This document shows, in pieces, positions 1 through 13,842 of a stretch of DNA of 64,000 nt. The position numbers and the translations under genes were made by a program. This stretch comes from Octopus vulgaris (taxonomy: Eukaryota): positions 34,534,001 through 34,598,000 of the forward strand of contig OX597821.1 in NCBI GenBank assembly GCA_951406725.2, read 5' to 3'. Position 1 is the stretch's first letter. Every line of letters begins with the position of its first letter. The notes beneath the pieces are model-generated. The model was not told the origin of the DNA. It made no database searches and was given only the letters and a program-made list of their open reading frames with translations.

Positions 1-180
1 GCGTGTATAATAATAATAATAATAATAATAATGATGATAATAATAATAATAATAATGATGATCATGATGATGATTTCGGTACTTGTTTTATTTTTTTGTT
101 AGTTTTCGTGCGAGTGTTTGGATGGAATCTTAGAATGCGTATATAGATAGATAGATGTCATTGTGCCTACCTATACCTCT

Positions 181-342
181 GTATGTGTGTATATGTATTT
201 GTTATGTTATTGTATGCCTGTATATATATCTGTGTATATGTGTGTGTGTGCATACATATTATATATATATATATATATATATCTACTAGTATGTATGTAT
301 CTATGTTATTGTCATTGTGTATATATATACACACGTATTGTC

Positions 343-379
<37 letters not shown>

Positions 380-463
380 TAGTATGTATGTATATATGTT
401 ATTGTCATTGTGTATATATATACACGTATTGTCATTGTATATGTATATTGTCATTATATATTG

Positions 464-496
<33 letters not shown>

Positions 497-516
497 ATAT
501 ATATATATACATACAC

Positions 517-560
<44 letters not shown>

Positions 561-589
561 TAGTGTGTATGTATCTTTGTTATTGTGTC

Positions 590-623
<34 letters not shown>

Positions 624-1103
624 TTGTGTGGCAGTGTGTAAAGAATTTTACGAGAATCTTTGTCTGGTTTGAGCGCATTGTCGTATGGCAGCGAATATTA
701 TTATATGTAAGGATTTTTATGTCTGGCTTGGCGGATATTGGGAGAAAGAGAAAGAGCGAAAACATGTTATATGTGTGTGTGTGTGTGAACAAATACAGTT
801 TATATCGCACTGGAGATTACCATAATTACAACAACAACAACGACAATAATACACACAGATATCAAAGAGGGAAAGACATGGTTAATATTTGGATTTCAGA
901 TTATTCCTGAAATTTCATGTCTTAAATCCTTACGAAAAACACTTAACTATTGCCATTGTCAGATGTGTGCTGGTAGTTTATTATTTCCATATTGAGGGCT
1001 TCTCTCTATTTGTACAGTGTGTGTGTGTTTGTGTTTGTGTTCATCTTATGTATCTATCGGTAGATTGATGTGTGTGTGTGTTTATAGATGTATAAGCGCG
1101 CCC

Positions 1104-1138
<35 letters not shown>

Positions 1139-1240
1139 GTATAAATTTGTGTGTATATATATATCCCTAAGCGAGTGTGTATATGTATGTATATATATAT
1201 GTATGTATATATGTATATATATGTATATACACACACACAC

Positions 1241-1279
<39 letters not shown>

Positions 1280-1381
1280 GTATAAATTTGTGTGTATATA
1301 TATATCCCTAAGCGAGTGTGTATATGTATGTATATATATATGTATGTATATATGTATATATATGTATATACACACACACAC

Positions 1382-1430
<49 letters not shown>

Positions 1431-1548
1431 TGTACAGATGTATATAAATATATACAAACATCTGTACAGATGTATATAAATATATACACGCATCTGTACA
1501 GATACAGATGTATATGTATATACACACACATATATATATATATACACT

Positions 1549-1632
<84 letters not shown>

Positions 1633-1694
1633 CGTGTTTGTGTGTATATATGTATAAGCGTGTGTGTGTATGTGTATATCTGTGCATAGGCGTG

Positions 1695-1730
<36 letters not shown>
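181..1730. repeat. Compound (TA)n/(TG)n/(CA)n microsatellite field with local tandem duplications
   Basis: Long dinucleotide runs. The block aatgtataaatttgtgtg...ccctaagcgagtgtg occurs at 1136 and again at 1277. A repeated palindrome acatctgtacagatgt lies at about 1426-1510. Confidence 0.95.
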
Positions 1731-1733
<3 letters not shown>

Positions 1734-1968
1734 AGGGCGTTTAGCAAAATCTTTCTAGAATGATCTCTTGTATGATAATAGAATTTACAATTTTTCACCC
1801 TTTCTCTCCCTCCCCCCCAAAACACCAACAGAAATATCCACTATAAATAATTTTAAAACTAATTCAAAAACTGTGTACATGTGTCAGGAGTGTCAACTCA
1901 GACACAGACGAACTCAATAATACAAATAATGTGAGTGATGCTGTAGTATTTTTTATCTTGAGTCGCGA

Positions 1969-2001
<33 letters not shown>

Positions 2002-2399
2002 AATATAATATATAATCTCAAAATTTGTTAAGTCACTGTATACACTCTTGCTCGGATGTTTATTATACATCATCCGTCCATATAATAATGTCTTTTGTAA
2101 CAAACATATTTTGGTAATTCCTTTTGTTCTTCATAAAGTATTGGATGGAATAGAAAGAACCTTGTAGATTTCTCTACCTATGTAATTCCTTATTTTTCTT
2201 TTGTTTTGTGATGGTTTTGGTGTCTACTTTTAAGCTTTTAAATTGTGTTAATTTATAGAAGAATTAATGACATTTCTTGAATTTTCGCAATTTGGTGTAA
2301 TTGTATTCTAACTGCTGTAGTTCAGAATGTTTCAACCAAAGGAAATAGATTTTTATAACTTTACAGAAGAGATTAATAAACAATGGTATAATGTTTAGA

Positions 2400-2450
2400 G
2401 TATGTATGTATGTATGTATGTATGTATGTATGTATGTATGTATGTATGTA

Positions 2451-2495
<45 letters not shown>

Positions 2496-2830
2496 TACGT
2501 ACGTATGTATGTATGGATGTATGTACGTATGTATGTATGTATGTGCGTGTGTGTGTATTACGTACATACGGATGTATGTATGTATGTACGTATGTGTGTG
2601 TGTGTGTATTATGCATGTACGTATGTATGTTTGTGTGTACGTACGTATGTATGTATGTACGTACGCAAGTATGTATATATGTATGTATGTACGTATGCAT
2701 GTATGTACGTATGGATGTATATATGTATGTATGTATGTATGTATGCACGGATGTGTGTGTGTGTATATATGTATGTACAGATGTGTGTGTATGTATGTAT
2801 GTACGGATGTATCTGTCTATGTATGTGTTT
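2400..2830. repeat. (TATG)n/(TG)n compound microsatellite
   Basis: Directly visible tetra- and dinucleotide runs. Confidence 0.95.
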
Positions 2831-5156
2831 ATGTCTGGCTTTAATTACAATTATTTCGTTACACTTCAATACTTTATCAAAGATCTTTTAACTAATAGGA
2901 TGTATTAAAACAATTTCGTTTTAAGGCATCTCTTGTTTAATACAAGTAATATCGACTCGGTACTGTCAGCGTATTGAGTACTTTTTCGAGTTACACTCTA
3001 ATCGATCTATAATCGATATGCAACGATCATTCACACACACACACACACACGCATACATGTTCGTACACATACACGAATACACGTACACACATATATACAT
3101 ACAAGCACATGTTCATACGTACAGATACATACTGGTTCATTTAGATATACATACAGTGTAATTGTAAAGAAGCTTATCTGTTCTCTTCACATTCACACAA
3201 ATTGATTAATAAAAAATTAAAAAAAAGGGGGGGCGATTCAAAATTTTTTATTTTTTATTTTTAATACCCTCTCTGTTTCTCTGATATGAAAAAAAAATTC
3301 TACGTGAGCGAACCTACAAATGTTGACAGAAGATAATGTAACAAACAACAGACTCAACGTTCGCCTGTCTTGTTGCAAATATGCGTGTATAATATATATA
3401 ATAGAGGGTGTATAGTTTGGTGTGTTAATAAAGCATGTTCAACTGGGGATGTTGTGGGCTATTCCTTCCTTGTAGTAATATGGCATTAATTTTTTTTTTC
3501 TCTCAGACGTACATAAATCCGGCTGAGCAAAAATAAATATATAAAAATGCTAAGTGGTTTTACTATCGTGTTTAAACAGTTCTTCCTCTCCCAGTTTATC
3601 AATGGTGTCTCAATTATGACTAGGAAGCGGGGTTAGAGTTAGGTGTTGGCTGTTGTTGCCTGTTTAGCTGTTTAACCCTAGGTCACCCCTACCCGAATAG
3701 ACCTACAAAGGTATGCCTCGCCACTCGTCTAGTCTGTTTGCATTGTTCTATTTATCCTCGTGGCTGTCTGAGTATATCATAAACTCCCTGGCAAATCAAT
3801 ACACTGAACCCTAGAGTTTTATTTACTGACATACAGAGCTGAAAATCTGACCCCTGTACCTGATACACCTCCACCCCCCGCGGCAAATGCCTAGTTTTCC
3901 CACGTTTTAATATGGCACTGTATATATTTTCCGTTTTTTTTGTGTTAAATTTTAATTTTTGATGGCCCAGTATGATTTGAGAAAGAGTAGATGGTGATTT
4001 CTAGCTAACCGAGCGACCACGTCGAGTCTCTTCTCTCGTTCTCTCGGCGTGGGAATTCTTTAAAGGTAATGATTATTTGTCAAATATTAGCTGTGCATAA
4101 TGTTAGTCTTTTCTCTTAGGGAATTCTTATTTAGTTCGGATCGGTCTCAACTCTGATCCATCAGAGCTGCATTGCCCCCATCTCACCCCATTCAGACATA
4201 GTGTACTTAAGGGGTGCACTATTCAGTATGCCCTTTCTTGAGGCTATCCAGGTGTGATTTGAATGAGATTTAGCTGCTATTTTCCAGCATGTCTAGTGAC
4301 CATGTGGAGGTTCTTCCCCTCGTTAGTTCTTCCTACATGAGTGGTTAGTGTATGTAGTTCGCCGATAGCAGATCATGCAAAATATTGGCAACATTACGCT
4401 GTGTATAAACACTGAAGTGGTATTTTTCGGAACAGTAAACTAGCAATAAAAGAAATCTTTATTCGCTTTTCGTAACAGTGTATCTTATAGTAGTAATATA
4501 TAACTTGCACAGCCAGTCGATAAACCTCTAACAAAAACAACGTTTTCTATAGACTGTGAACCCTCCTTACCTTTCGACCAAATAAAACCTACATCAAACA
4601 ATTGTCAACTGCGGTACTAAAATTTAGTATTCCTATAAAACATCCTCGATATCTATGGAATTATAACAGCAGTGTTCTGTTCAGAACAAGGAACTGAAAA
4701 TGCCGTGTTTAAAAGGTTGTCTGCTTGGATGAGTGGAGTCTTAACAATGCGATATTTTACCAATTAAGTAAACCTGAGGGGCTGCTATTGTCACAAACGC
4801 TAACTTGATTCTTCTTTGATAACAATCTGCAGACGGGTGCAGCAGTGTACAACAGACATAGCCAGGAATACGCCACCATTAAATCCTACTGACTCTGATC
4901 CCTCTGTCCCACCCCCACTGCACCGCATGCACATAACGGTTGATAGCCCCTCACCCCACCCCACCCCGTTGTAAAAATTTGTGAAATGAAAATAAAATAT
5001 AAAGTACATCCGCTTGAGATATTAAACATCACGTCTGTTTTTATATTTCTGTCTCTGCCTATGTCTGTCTGTCTGTCTGTCTGCCTCTTTATTTGGATTT
5101 CTGGTTGTCATCTGCCAGTCTCTCTGGCTTTCTCTCTCTTACACACTATATTTGTG

Positions 5157-5187
<31 letters not shown>

Positions 5188-6276
5188 GGCACTTCCCCTC
5201 TTTTTCTTTAGCACTTATCCCAGATACAAAAACACACACACACGCATACACACATGTTCTCTCTCTCACTTTCTCCTCATCCATCACCCTCTTGTATATT
5301 CCTCCCCACCACTACAAACTCAATACCACTATAAAATGGTCAAAACTCCTCACACAGGAACTTAGTTTGATTTGAAAACCCCACTAGAATGGGAGAAAGC
5401 GCCAATACATGATCTAAGTTATATGATGTATAAAAAATGTAATATACAAATAAATATCTGTAAATATAAACCATCCGATTTTCTGAGTACCTCATTTCTT
5501 CTAATATATTTATATATATATATATCTGTGTCAGGATCTTTGTTTTCTATATGTATATCTATATATATATTTGTTGTAGTTTAATCCTTGGTTAATTACT
5601 GATCGAGTAGAAATTATGACAAGAACCATTCCAGCTTTGATCCTCTGTTTCCTCTAGAGGGATTTAATTATCAGATGTGTATGATTCCTTGTTTAAGACA
5701 GTTGTATGAATTGAGGGTAATTTAGCTGCTGTTTCTAGCGAGTGCAGCAACCGCATATAGGGTCCTTTTTTTTTTTTTTTTTGTATGTAGATGTGTATGC
5801 ATGTGTGTATTATAATTGTGTGCTTGTGCACTTTCAGATTTGGCACTCCCCAAGTTATAGAAGCTAGCTTTTTTGCTTGGCTTCCTCTAAGCATTGTACT
5901 ACTTAATAACATGATGTCAATAGCCAACAAAGAGGTCTCTGCATGGTTGTTTAACCTGCTAAAAATAGCTGCCAAATAAATTTCCTTCAGCTTATGCTTT
6001 GAAATTTTAAACAAGGAAGCAACAGATTGGATACAGTTGTTTTACTTGTAGCTGTAAAAAGACCAAGTTGTCGTGGCTGGATAGTGAATCCTGGATGACA
6101 GATCTGCTGGCTGAGAGTTAACATGGCCGCTAAGCAATTATCATTAACATCCACTCTTATGTCAGCAGTGTTATTGGGAAAGGCATGAATGTCTCACATA
6201 CACTTGTAATCAAAAAATTCTAGAAGTAATGGTGGCTCTTAGCAATCCTCATCGTCATTTAATGTCTGTGTTCCAT

Positions 6277-6440
6277 GCTGACTCTTTCACCACAACTTTC
6301 TCTCACTGTTTCCTCCTGCATCTTGCAGCTCACCTGCGACGGATCTGCGTCCCGTCCAGGTGGGGAACCTATATGCCAAGAAACCGGGAAACTGGCCCTT
6401 ATGAGCCAGGCATGGCTCAAGAAGGAACAAACAACAACAA
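6277..6440 (+). mobile_element. 5'-truncated tRNA-derived SINE (family C), 3' part
   Basis: Near-identical to the 3' half of the copies at 31593-31899 and 33439-33747, with the same acaaacaacaa tail. Confidence 0.85.
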
Positions 6441-7879
6441 AACAGCTTGTAACAATACTTGATCATTGAGACAAGAATATGGTATACCGTTTATTTATTT
6501 ATTGCATAATGAAACAGATGCAACAATATTCTTGATATGGAAATAATAAAATTGTGCCTAAGTTCACTTTGCAAACTGCATGGTTGAGATTTGCTCCTAG
6601 GGTGCATACAGTACTGTAAGGCAAGTGTCTTCAACTCTAGTACTGGTTTGGTCAAACCCTTTGTAAGTGTGACAGGACCATTCTTTTTCTTATTGGGTGA
6701 GGGATTGAATCTGCCACCTAATTTAACAATCACCAATATTTTGAGTGCCTTTGGCAAGTTTAAGGATATCTTTCTCCTTTTCTTCTACCAGTCTAGAAGC
6801 CCTGATTAAAGATATCCCTTGTTACTGTTATTCCTCTTTTGACTCAAGCATTAAATAAAACCCTCCATGGTAGAAAACTAATCTAGGCTAGCTGTTTGAA
6901 TTGTTGAACATTTAATTGATAACTTTTAGATCTGGAGAGGCAGTTCTTAGAACTTCTATGTCTATAAATTATGTCTTATTTATTATTTAAACAATTTTAT
7001 ATTTCTACACTAACTGGTATATAATCTTGTATATAGTGATTATTTTAGGTAAGTACAATGGTGTATATTTCTCTGATGAAGTCAGAATAATACTGAAACA
7101 TGCCTAAAGTTGTTTCCCATACTTGTCAAATTAAATTATAAGATTAATATTGAATTTCTTCCCCTTGCAAAGCATAATTATTTCTGGTTGGCTTTTTAAT
7201 TCTTCCTATATTGAATAACTTGATTTTGTTATTTTTCATATGAATAGCATCTTTTAAAAAATTTCTTCTGTGAGCAGTTCTGTTATGCCAAGATAACCAG
7301 TGAACATTCTTATATAATTCACCTGGTGATTCTCTCATCGTCACAGTGAAATCCTTACTTCACTGATACCATTAGTAAAAGAAATTGAAACCTGTTCAGA
7401 GTCGACCCCAAAACTTGCTGAAATAATTAAAATAACATCAGTCGTTGACTAATCTTGCATCTTTCTTCACTATATCATTATTCCCAATTATCTTTATAAT
7501 TTTTCTTTCATTAAATGCATTAACACTTACCTGTACATGCTTTTATCTGTTAACTACTCCATTATAAGGTTTAGATTTGGTTACAGCTGTTTGCTCCTAA
7601 TAATCTGTTTGACTGCCAGAAAAAAAAAATACTAAAAAGCTCTAGCTTTCAGGATCCAGGATGTTACCACTAATGTAAACCCCACCCTCATACACACCTG
7701 CCACTGCCTTTCATATCAGATGTACAAAGGTTGCAGCCAGTATCTCAATTCATCCATCATTTCGTTTTACTATCGTTCTTTCTTTTCTAATGTTATGAAA
7801 ATTTCCTTGATTTTGATAGCATGCAACCGCTGGCTCATTATGCTCTGAGTTCAGCTCCTGCCAAGGTCGACTTTGCCTT

Positions 7880-8135
7880 GTGGAGGTGGTGCATGGCTTA
7901 GTGGTTAAGGTGTTGGACTCCTCACTGTTCGATTGTGGGTTCCATCCCTGGACTGGGCGACGTGTTATGTTCTTGAGCAAAACACTTCATTTCACGTTGT
8001 TCCAGCCCACTCAACCAGCAAAAATGAGTAATCCTGGGATGGACTGGTGTCCCATCCATGTGCAGAATATATACACCATGGAAACTGGGAAACCAGCCCT
8101 TGTAGGTCAGCATGTCTCAAGAAGGAAACTTTACC
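7880..8135 (+). mobile_element. tRNA-derived SINE (family C-related) inserted into a family D SINE
   Basis: Head gtggaggtggtgcatggcttagtggttaagg. Family D sequence (ggtcgactttgcctt ... ttcgtcattttcgaattgataaaat) is split around it. Confidence 0.7.
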
Positions 8136-8262
8136 TTTCGTCATTTTCGAATTGATAAAATAGAGTATCAATGAAATACTGGGGTTGATATAACCAACTT
8201 ACCCCATCCGCTAAAATCGCTGGCCTTGTGCCTAAATCAGGAATCATTTGACAGATAATATA

Positions 8263-9526
8263 TTAGGTCATCCTATAAATAATGCAGTTTTTTTTATACT
8301 TCTTTTATTTTTCAAAATTAAGATAAACAAAGTTCTTTTTTAATCTAAAATATTCATTTTCTGCAGTGCTCTTCCATCTATCTGGTAGACTTGCAATGCC
8401 CCTCTTCCAAAATTCACTTGTCCGTGACGAAAATACTCCTCCAGTACTATTATGACCTCATCTACAGAATTCATATTTTTTCCGTCCAAATGATTTTGAA
8501 GATTGCAGAATAAATGATATGCAGATGGGGCAATGTCCAGCAAATATGGTGGGTGGGGCATCGTTTCTCATTCAGAATGCTCTAACCACCTTTGGAATGT
8601 CATCCTTGCTGTATGTGGCTAAGCATTATCCTGGTGGAAGAACAGCTTTTGTCTTGAAACCAAAGATGGTTGTGTTTCTTCTAGTGCTGACTTAAGCCAC
8701 TCGTGCTGCTCACAGTAGATCTCCTTTGTTATCATTTGGTTTGGTTTGGGTTTAAAAGTTCAAAGTGGACTAAACCTTTCATATCCCACCAAACAGATAA
8801 CAACACCTTACATGGATGAAGACCTTCTTTAGCCTGGAGTGCTGGTGTTTCTCCTTTCCCTACCTACTGTCTTTGGCACTTGACATTTTTATAGAGAACC
8901 CATGTCTCATCACCAGTCACTATTTAGTCCAAAAAAGGTTCATTCATGAGTTGTGATAGCACACATTCTTTCTCTGCACGTGATTAGACTCGGAAAGTTT
9001 GTGAGGAACCCATTGACCCAATATGCTGACTTTTTTGATGGCACACTAGGGTCAATAAATGTTTAAATGACCAAATCCAAGCTTCTCTGCATGTTCCTCA
9101 ACAGTTATGATGGGATTTCAGGACATCCTTCTTGGGCTCTACAGCTCTTCCAGGACGAGGTTCATCTTCTAGGCTGTAGATTCTGGCTCAGAATTTCTGG
9201 AACCACTGTTGACACTGGCTTGTGTTTATCATCCAATTCTCATGTTCTACATTAATATTCCTTGCACTTTCTGTTGCATTATTGCCTTTATTGAACTCAT
9301 AAAGCAAAATATGCTGAATATGCTCCTTTGTCACTTCTATTATAGCTTTGAAAAAATAACTATTCAAAGTGAACTGCATTCTTCAAAACTTGCTCTAAGA
9401 ATAAGGACAAGATAAAATTTCTACCTGCTTTTATAGCAAATTGATGCAGGTAGTTTATCCCACTCCCCCCTCCAACTTTTAGTTCATGCATTTGAATAAA
9501 ACTGCATCATTTGTGGGATGATCCAA
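8263..9526 (-). mobile_element. Full-length, inactivated mariner (Tc1/mariner DD34D) transposon, about 1.26 kb
   Basis: TA target sites at 8261-8262 and 9527-9528. Terminal inverted repeats TATTAGGTCATCCTATAAATAATGCAGTTTT versus reverse complement TATTGGATCATCCCACAAATGATGCAGTTTT (26/31 identical, including the TA). Confidence 0.92.
8340..9345 (-). pseudogene. Mariner transposase pseudogene
   Basis: Minus-strand motifs HILLYEFNKGNNATESARNIN, WVPHKL, IVTGDETWVLY, LHPCKVLLSVWWD, FHQDNA*PH and HPPYLLDIAPSAYHLF (a decayed YSPDLAPSDYHLF). Stops and frameshifts are present. Confidence 0.92.
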
Positions 9527-10039
9527 TATTTATACATTTGCATAATGAGTCAATCACTATATGGTTGATTGAGCCAGTAGAAATTGCAGGCAAGTCTCTC
9601 AATTAAATCCTGCCACCCTTAAAATTATAGAGGTCCTCACTAGATGCACAGCATATTTATTCTCCCCTGCCCTTCTTGCTGGAATAATCCTGATTTTATT
9701 AGAACTGACTTGGGGCAAAATAACAATATCTGCATCAACAGTTATTCCCTTTCAACAATTATATCAGATGAAATTTTTCCCCCCTGAGCTGTAAAACATG
9801 TACTGAATTCAGTCAAGATGAAATAATTTTCAAAGTACTATATACTGAGTGGAGACTGCTCCAATATCTCAGTAGACTTATGACTAATTCCATAACTAGA
9901 AATGGTAGATAAGTCGTTTTTCTTCTTTTTTTTATTCTTGGAGCAAAGTTAAAACTAAAAAGAGGTGAGAAGGAATAAGTAAAAAAAAGAATGTTCATAG
10001 AAATTCTGGTTAAACAGCATCAATTATTGAGTTAAAGCT

Positions 10040-10368
10040 GACACGGGCAATCTGTGGCTCTTTATGCATTTTTGTGTGGCATGTGTAAATTTTTGCTAAA
10101 ATTTGTTAATCTTTTAATCCAGCTCTGGTAATCTAAACAGTTTCTTTACTTTTACTCTTATTCACTTACAATTTTCCTCAGTAATTTTGTTTTTAAATCT
10201 ATTTCTTTTAAATATTTGCATCTTGTAATATGTATCGTGCACTCTATAGTACATATGATGTTTGTTAAACACATGTACTATAGTGGTATGACCTGATTTA
10301 TGATATGCAATGCTGTATAAGGCCTGTTGCCAGAATAAAAAAAAAAGAAAAAACGTTACCCATGCTTG
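10040..10368. mobile_element. Possible hAT-type MITE remnant
   Basis: Degenerate inverted ends (ctgacacgggcaa / gttacccatgcttg). No convincing 8-bp target duplication. Confidence 0.35.
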
Positions 10369-11059
10369 ATATAGAAGTATTTCCACATTGATATTGGAAT
10401 TTCTAGTTCAATATAGAGGAGAACAAACAGAAAATTCAACATTTGATGGTATCCAGATTTAAGCATGGGAGTACAATGGATGGAAAGCAAGGTGGTGGTG
10501 GTGGTGGTAATAGTAGAGATCGTAGAGTATGACATATTTCAAAGACCAACTGTGATTGCTTTTGGGAAGTATATTCCTTATCTTGAATGAATATGCTGTG
10601 TATCCTGGCTAAATTTCAAATATTGAAATGATTTACTTCACATGTCCATTTGTACTCCGGTATAGCGGTCATTAATCATTTATTTGGCTGTTAATAGACG
10701 TATCAGTTTGTACTCTCTTGTGACCTGTTCACTTAGGTCTGTCTACATTAAATTTACAAAAAGATGGAGGGACTGGGGGGGAGGTGGTATGGTGAATAGG
10801 TAGTTGATGGTGGTGGTGGTGGTGGAAATACACGATGTTCGTACAGCAGTGTGTATATTTCATTCGAAGCTGAAGTTTCTTCAATGTGTTTTATCTAGAT
10901 AATGCTGAAAATATCACATTTTGTGCACAGCAATTGAATATGTGTAAGGATGTGGTCACCTGAGAGTAATGACTGATAGGTTCAAATAAATAACCTCAAA
11001 GCGAATAGTGGTCACAATGAGTGTATATTTGTTGAATGAATTGACTCCACACTAAAGTC

Positions 11060-11535
11060 TGGTGCTTATTCTATCAGTCTCTTTTGCCAAACCACTAAGT
11101 TATGTGTATGTAAACACATCACCGGTTGTCAAGCTGTGGTAGGGGACAAATATAGACACACGCACTCAGCTATATGTATAATGGCCTTCTCTCAGTTTCC
11201 ACTGACCAAATCCACTCGAGGCTTTGCTCATTCCAAGGTTATAGTAGAGACACTTGCCCAAGGTGTCATGCAGTAGACTGAACCTGGAAGCATGTTGTTG
11301 GGAAGCAAGCTTCTTACCACACAGCCACACCAGTGCCTATAACTTATTTTTTTCTTCTTTTAATAAGTTTGCTTCCCAACCACATGACTTTATGTTTAGT
11401 CTCACTGCATGACACTTTGGGTAAGTGTCTTCTTTTATGGCCCCAGGCTGACCAGTATCTTGTGAGTGAATTTGGTGGGTTGATCAAAGCCATATTAATT
11501 GATTTAGTAAATAGAAATCAAAGATGAAAAGCCCA
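11060..11535. mobile_element. Two old family A SINE copies head-to-head (minus about 11060-11332, plus about 11360-11535)
   Basis: Both match the family A copy at 27641-28055, in opposite orientations. Confidence 0.75.
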
Positions 11536-12174
11536 TCCTATGTGTGTGTGTGTGTGTGTGTGTGTGTCATCACCTGATTGTTGTGAGTCATCGTCATACC
11601 AGCCTTGTCATGTTTCCAGTCTTTCACAAAAACATGTCTGGCCAAGGGGAAAAATCTGCCTGAACAAATCCTGTCTGACCTGTGCAAGCATAAAAAAGTG
11701 GATGCTAAATTAAAAAAACAATGCTAATGATCTCTCCACATTCTTCATCGCAATTAAGATATAACAAGCAGAAGCAAATTAAAAAAGTATAATTATTCAA
11801 GCAGCAAACAATTGTGAACTGACGGAGCTGTGCAACCATAAACTTAATTGGTTCCTTTGAACTAAGAGTTAAAAATATTCAATCCCTTCTCCTGATCCAT
11901 GAGAAGTGCTTGTAATTCTGTTGTTATATTTAAGTTGTTTTATTGTAATTCTGTGATCTTTTTAGCTGTGACCTATTTACAATAATTATTGATAGTGTGC
12001 GCCCATTCTTCTTTCATTTTCATCTTCATAAAATGTCAAAACTGTTCAACTCTTTAAAATTTCAGCTGTTAGTGATTCATCTGATAGGACTTAGATGACA
12101 TTGAGTTCCTGGTGTGCATAGTTCTCTTGCTGCATGTTTAATCATTCCAGTCCCCTATGAGAGATTTCTGAGAA

Positions 12175-12598
12175 CATCATCCTCATCATCATCATCATCG
12201 TTTAACGTCCGTTCTCCATGCTAGCATGGGTTGGACGGTTCGACCGGGGATCTGGGAAGCCAGAAGGCTGCACCAGGCTCCAGTCTTATCTGGCAATGTT
12301 TCTACAGCTGGATGCCCTTCCTAACGCCAACCACTCCGTGAGTGTAGTGGGTGCTTTTTACGTGCCACTCGCACAGGTGCCAGGCGAGGCTGGCAACGGC
12401 CACGGTCGGATTGGTGCATTTTACGTGCCACCGGCATGGAAGCCAGTCGAGGCGGCGCTGGCATCGGCCACGATTCGGATAGTGCTTTTTACGTACCACC
12501 AGTCCAGGGGTCCTGGCATCTGCCGGGTGCCAGTCATAGGATTGGTTCGATTTCGATTCCGATTCCGATTTCGATTTCAATTTCGATTTCAGTTGCCC
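12175..12598 (-). mobile_element. Family B retroposon (RTE-LINE-type 3' end with (GAT)n tail and internal tandem subrepeats)
   Basis: (CAT)n followed by cgtttaacgtcc...ctggatgcccttcctaacgccaaccactc. Repeated ggtgctttttacgtgccaccggc units and a (ATTTCG)n-like tract at about 12549-12590. Confidence 0.85.
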
Positions 12599-12624
12599 TC
12601 AACATTGTTGACTATATAGATTAG

Positions 12625-12947
12625 ACCCCTTTCGGTCATGAATGACCATGGGATCGCACCTAGAAAGTTACTCTCCAGGTCACAAGTCTGGACAAAGATT
12701 TTTTATAGTAGACCAGCAGACACCCATTCATACCAGCCTCCCCTCTCCATGCCACCGATGTTATCCAAGGGAAAGGCAAGGGCCGATACAGCTTGGCACC
12801 AATGACGTTGCAACTCATTTCTACAGCTGAGAGAACTGGAGCAACATAAAATAAAGCACCTTGCTCAAGAACACAACACCCAGCCCGGTCAGGGAATAAA
12901 ACTCACAATTGTGAGCCCAAAACCGTAACCTTGAGCCATGCGCCTTC
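12625..12947 (-). mobile_element. tRNA-derived SINE, family C-like head and body with a different tail
   Basis: Shares ttgctcaagaacacaac and the gccatgcgccttc head end with the copy at 60040-60295. Confidence 0.65.
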
Positions 12948-13842
12948 TCAAAGTTCTGACAAGTGTTTGTATTAGTACATCCCAACAATAGGCTTAAGGA
13001 AACCTTTCTTTTCTTTGTTTCAGCTAAGTAATCGAGCGTGTACAAGTATTTAATACAAAATGTTGTTAGTATGTACAGCGTAAAAATGTAACTTGTAGGA
13101 ATTCTGCTGTAAGCTCTGGTGTTATTGGTTGCTTACTTAGTTCCAAATCAGCTCCAATCTGCCAAACTTACAGGATGAAAAGTGCTCCAGCTGTGAAAAT
13201 GTCAACTTTTACTTATTGACAATTTGTCCAAGACTCCATTATTGAAACTGCTCCAACTTTTTTTTAAGACAGTATGGTATTCTGCTGATATTTCTTGCAG
13301 TTTAAGTGACCGTACTGAAGTGATTCACTCATTGACCATTGAGGACCATTTTTCTCATATTAAGTATTAAATGATCTATGAAGGTTACTAAGACAAAATG
13401 ATAGCCTATGAAGTGCATGTGTATGTAGGGGGTAGGGTGGGTTGGGGAAACATCTTTTGTTGACTTAGAAAGATAAAACTAGAGCTAAACGCCAGCCCAT
13501 AAGAACCAGTTCAAGGCTCAGAACACATTTTTTTTTATATCAACAGCTGTTAGAACCAACTAGCACTGACTTGTTTTGGTTCACAGAACCCAGAATTTTT
13601 TCTTTCTTTTTTTCTTCACAGTTTAGAGAGAGTGGGTAGCAATATTCACAATTCACTGTGTTTCTAGATCCTTCAAAGCTGGTGAAAGGATGTGAGGACA
13701 TCGTTTTTTAATCAGCGACCTAACTTGAATGCTTATTACAGGGTGAACCCCACTCAAAGGCATCAGAGAATTTCTCTTTTTTTTTTCAATATTAACCTTA
13801 AACCAATTTATAGCTAATTTTATTTTTACTTTAGTGTGGTGC

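Noticed and set aside
163-2908. Many overlapping ORFs rich in Y/I/C/V/M/H/T
   Set aside because: They are translations of TA/TG/TATG microsatellites, which lack stop codons in several frames.
3490-3600. Strong splice acceptor at 3505-3506
   Set aside because: No convincing downstream donor or reading frame; T-runs ending in AG are common here.
3629-3692. Telomere-like ggggttagagttagg / taaccctagg
   Set aside because: Only one or two imperfect units, and part belongs to the ancient repeat.
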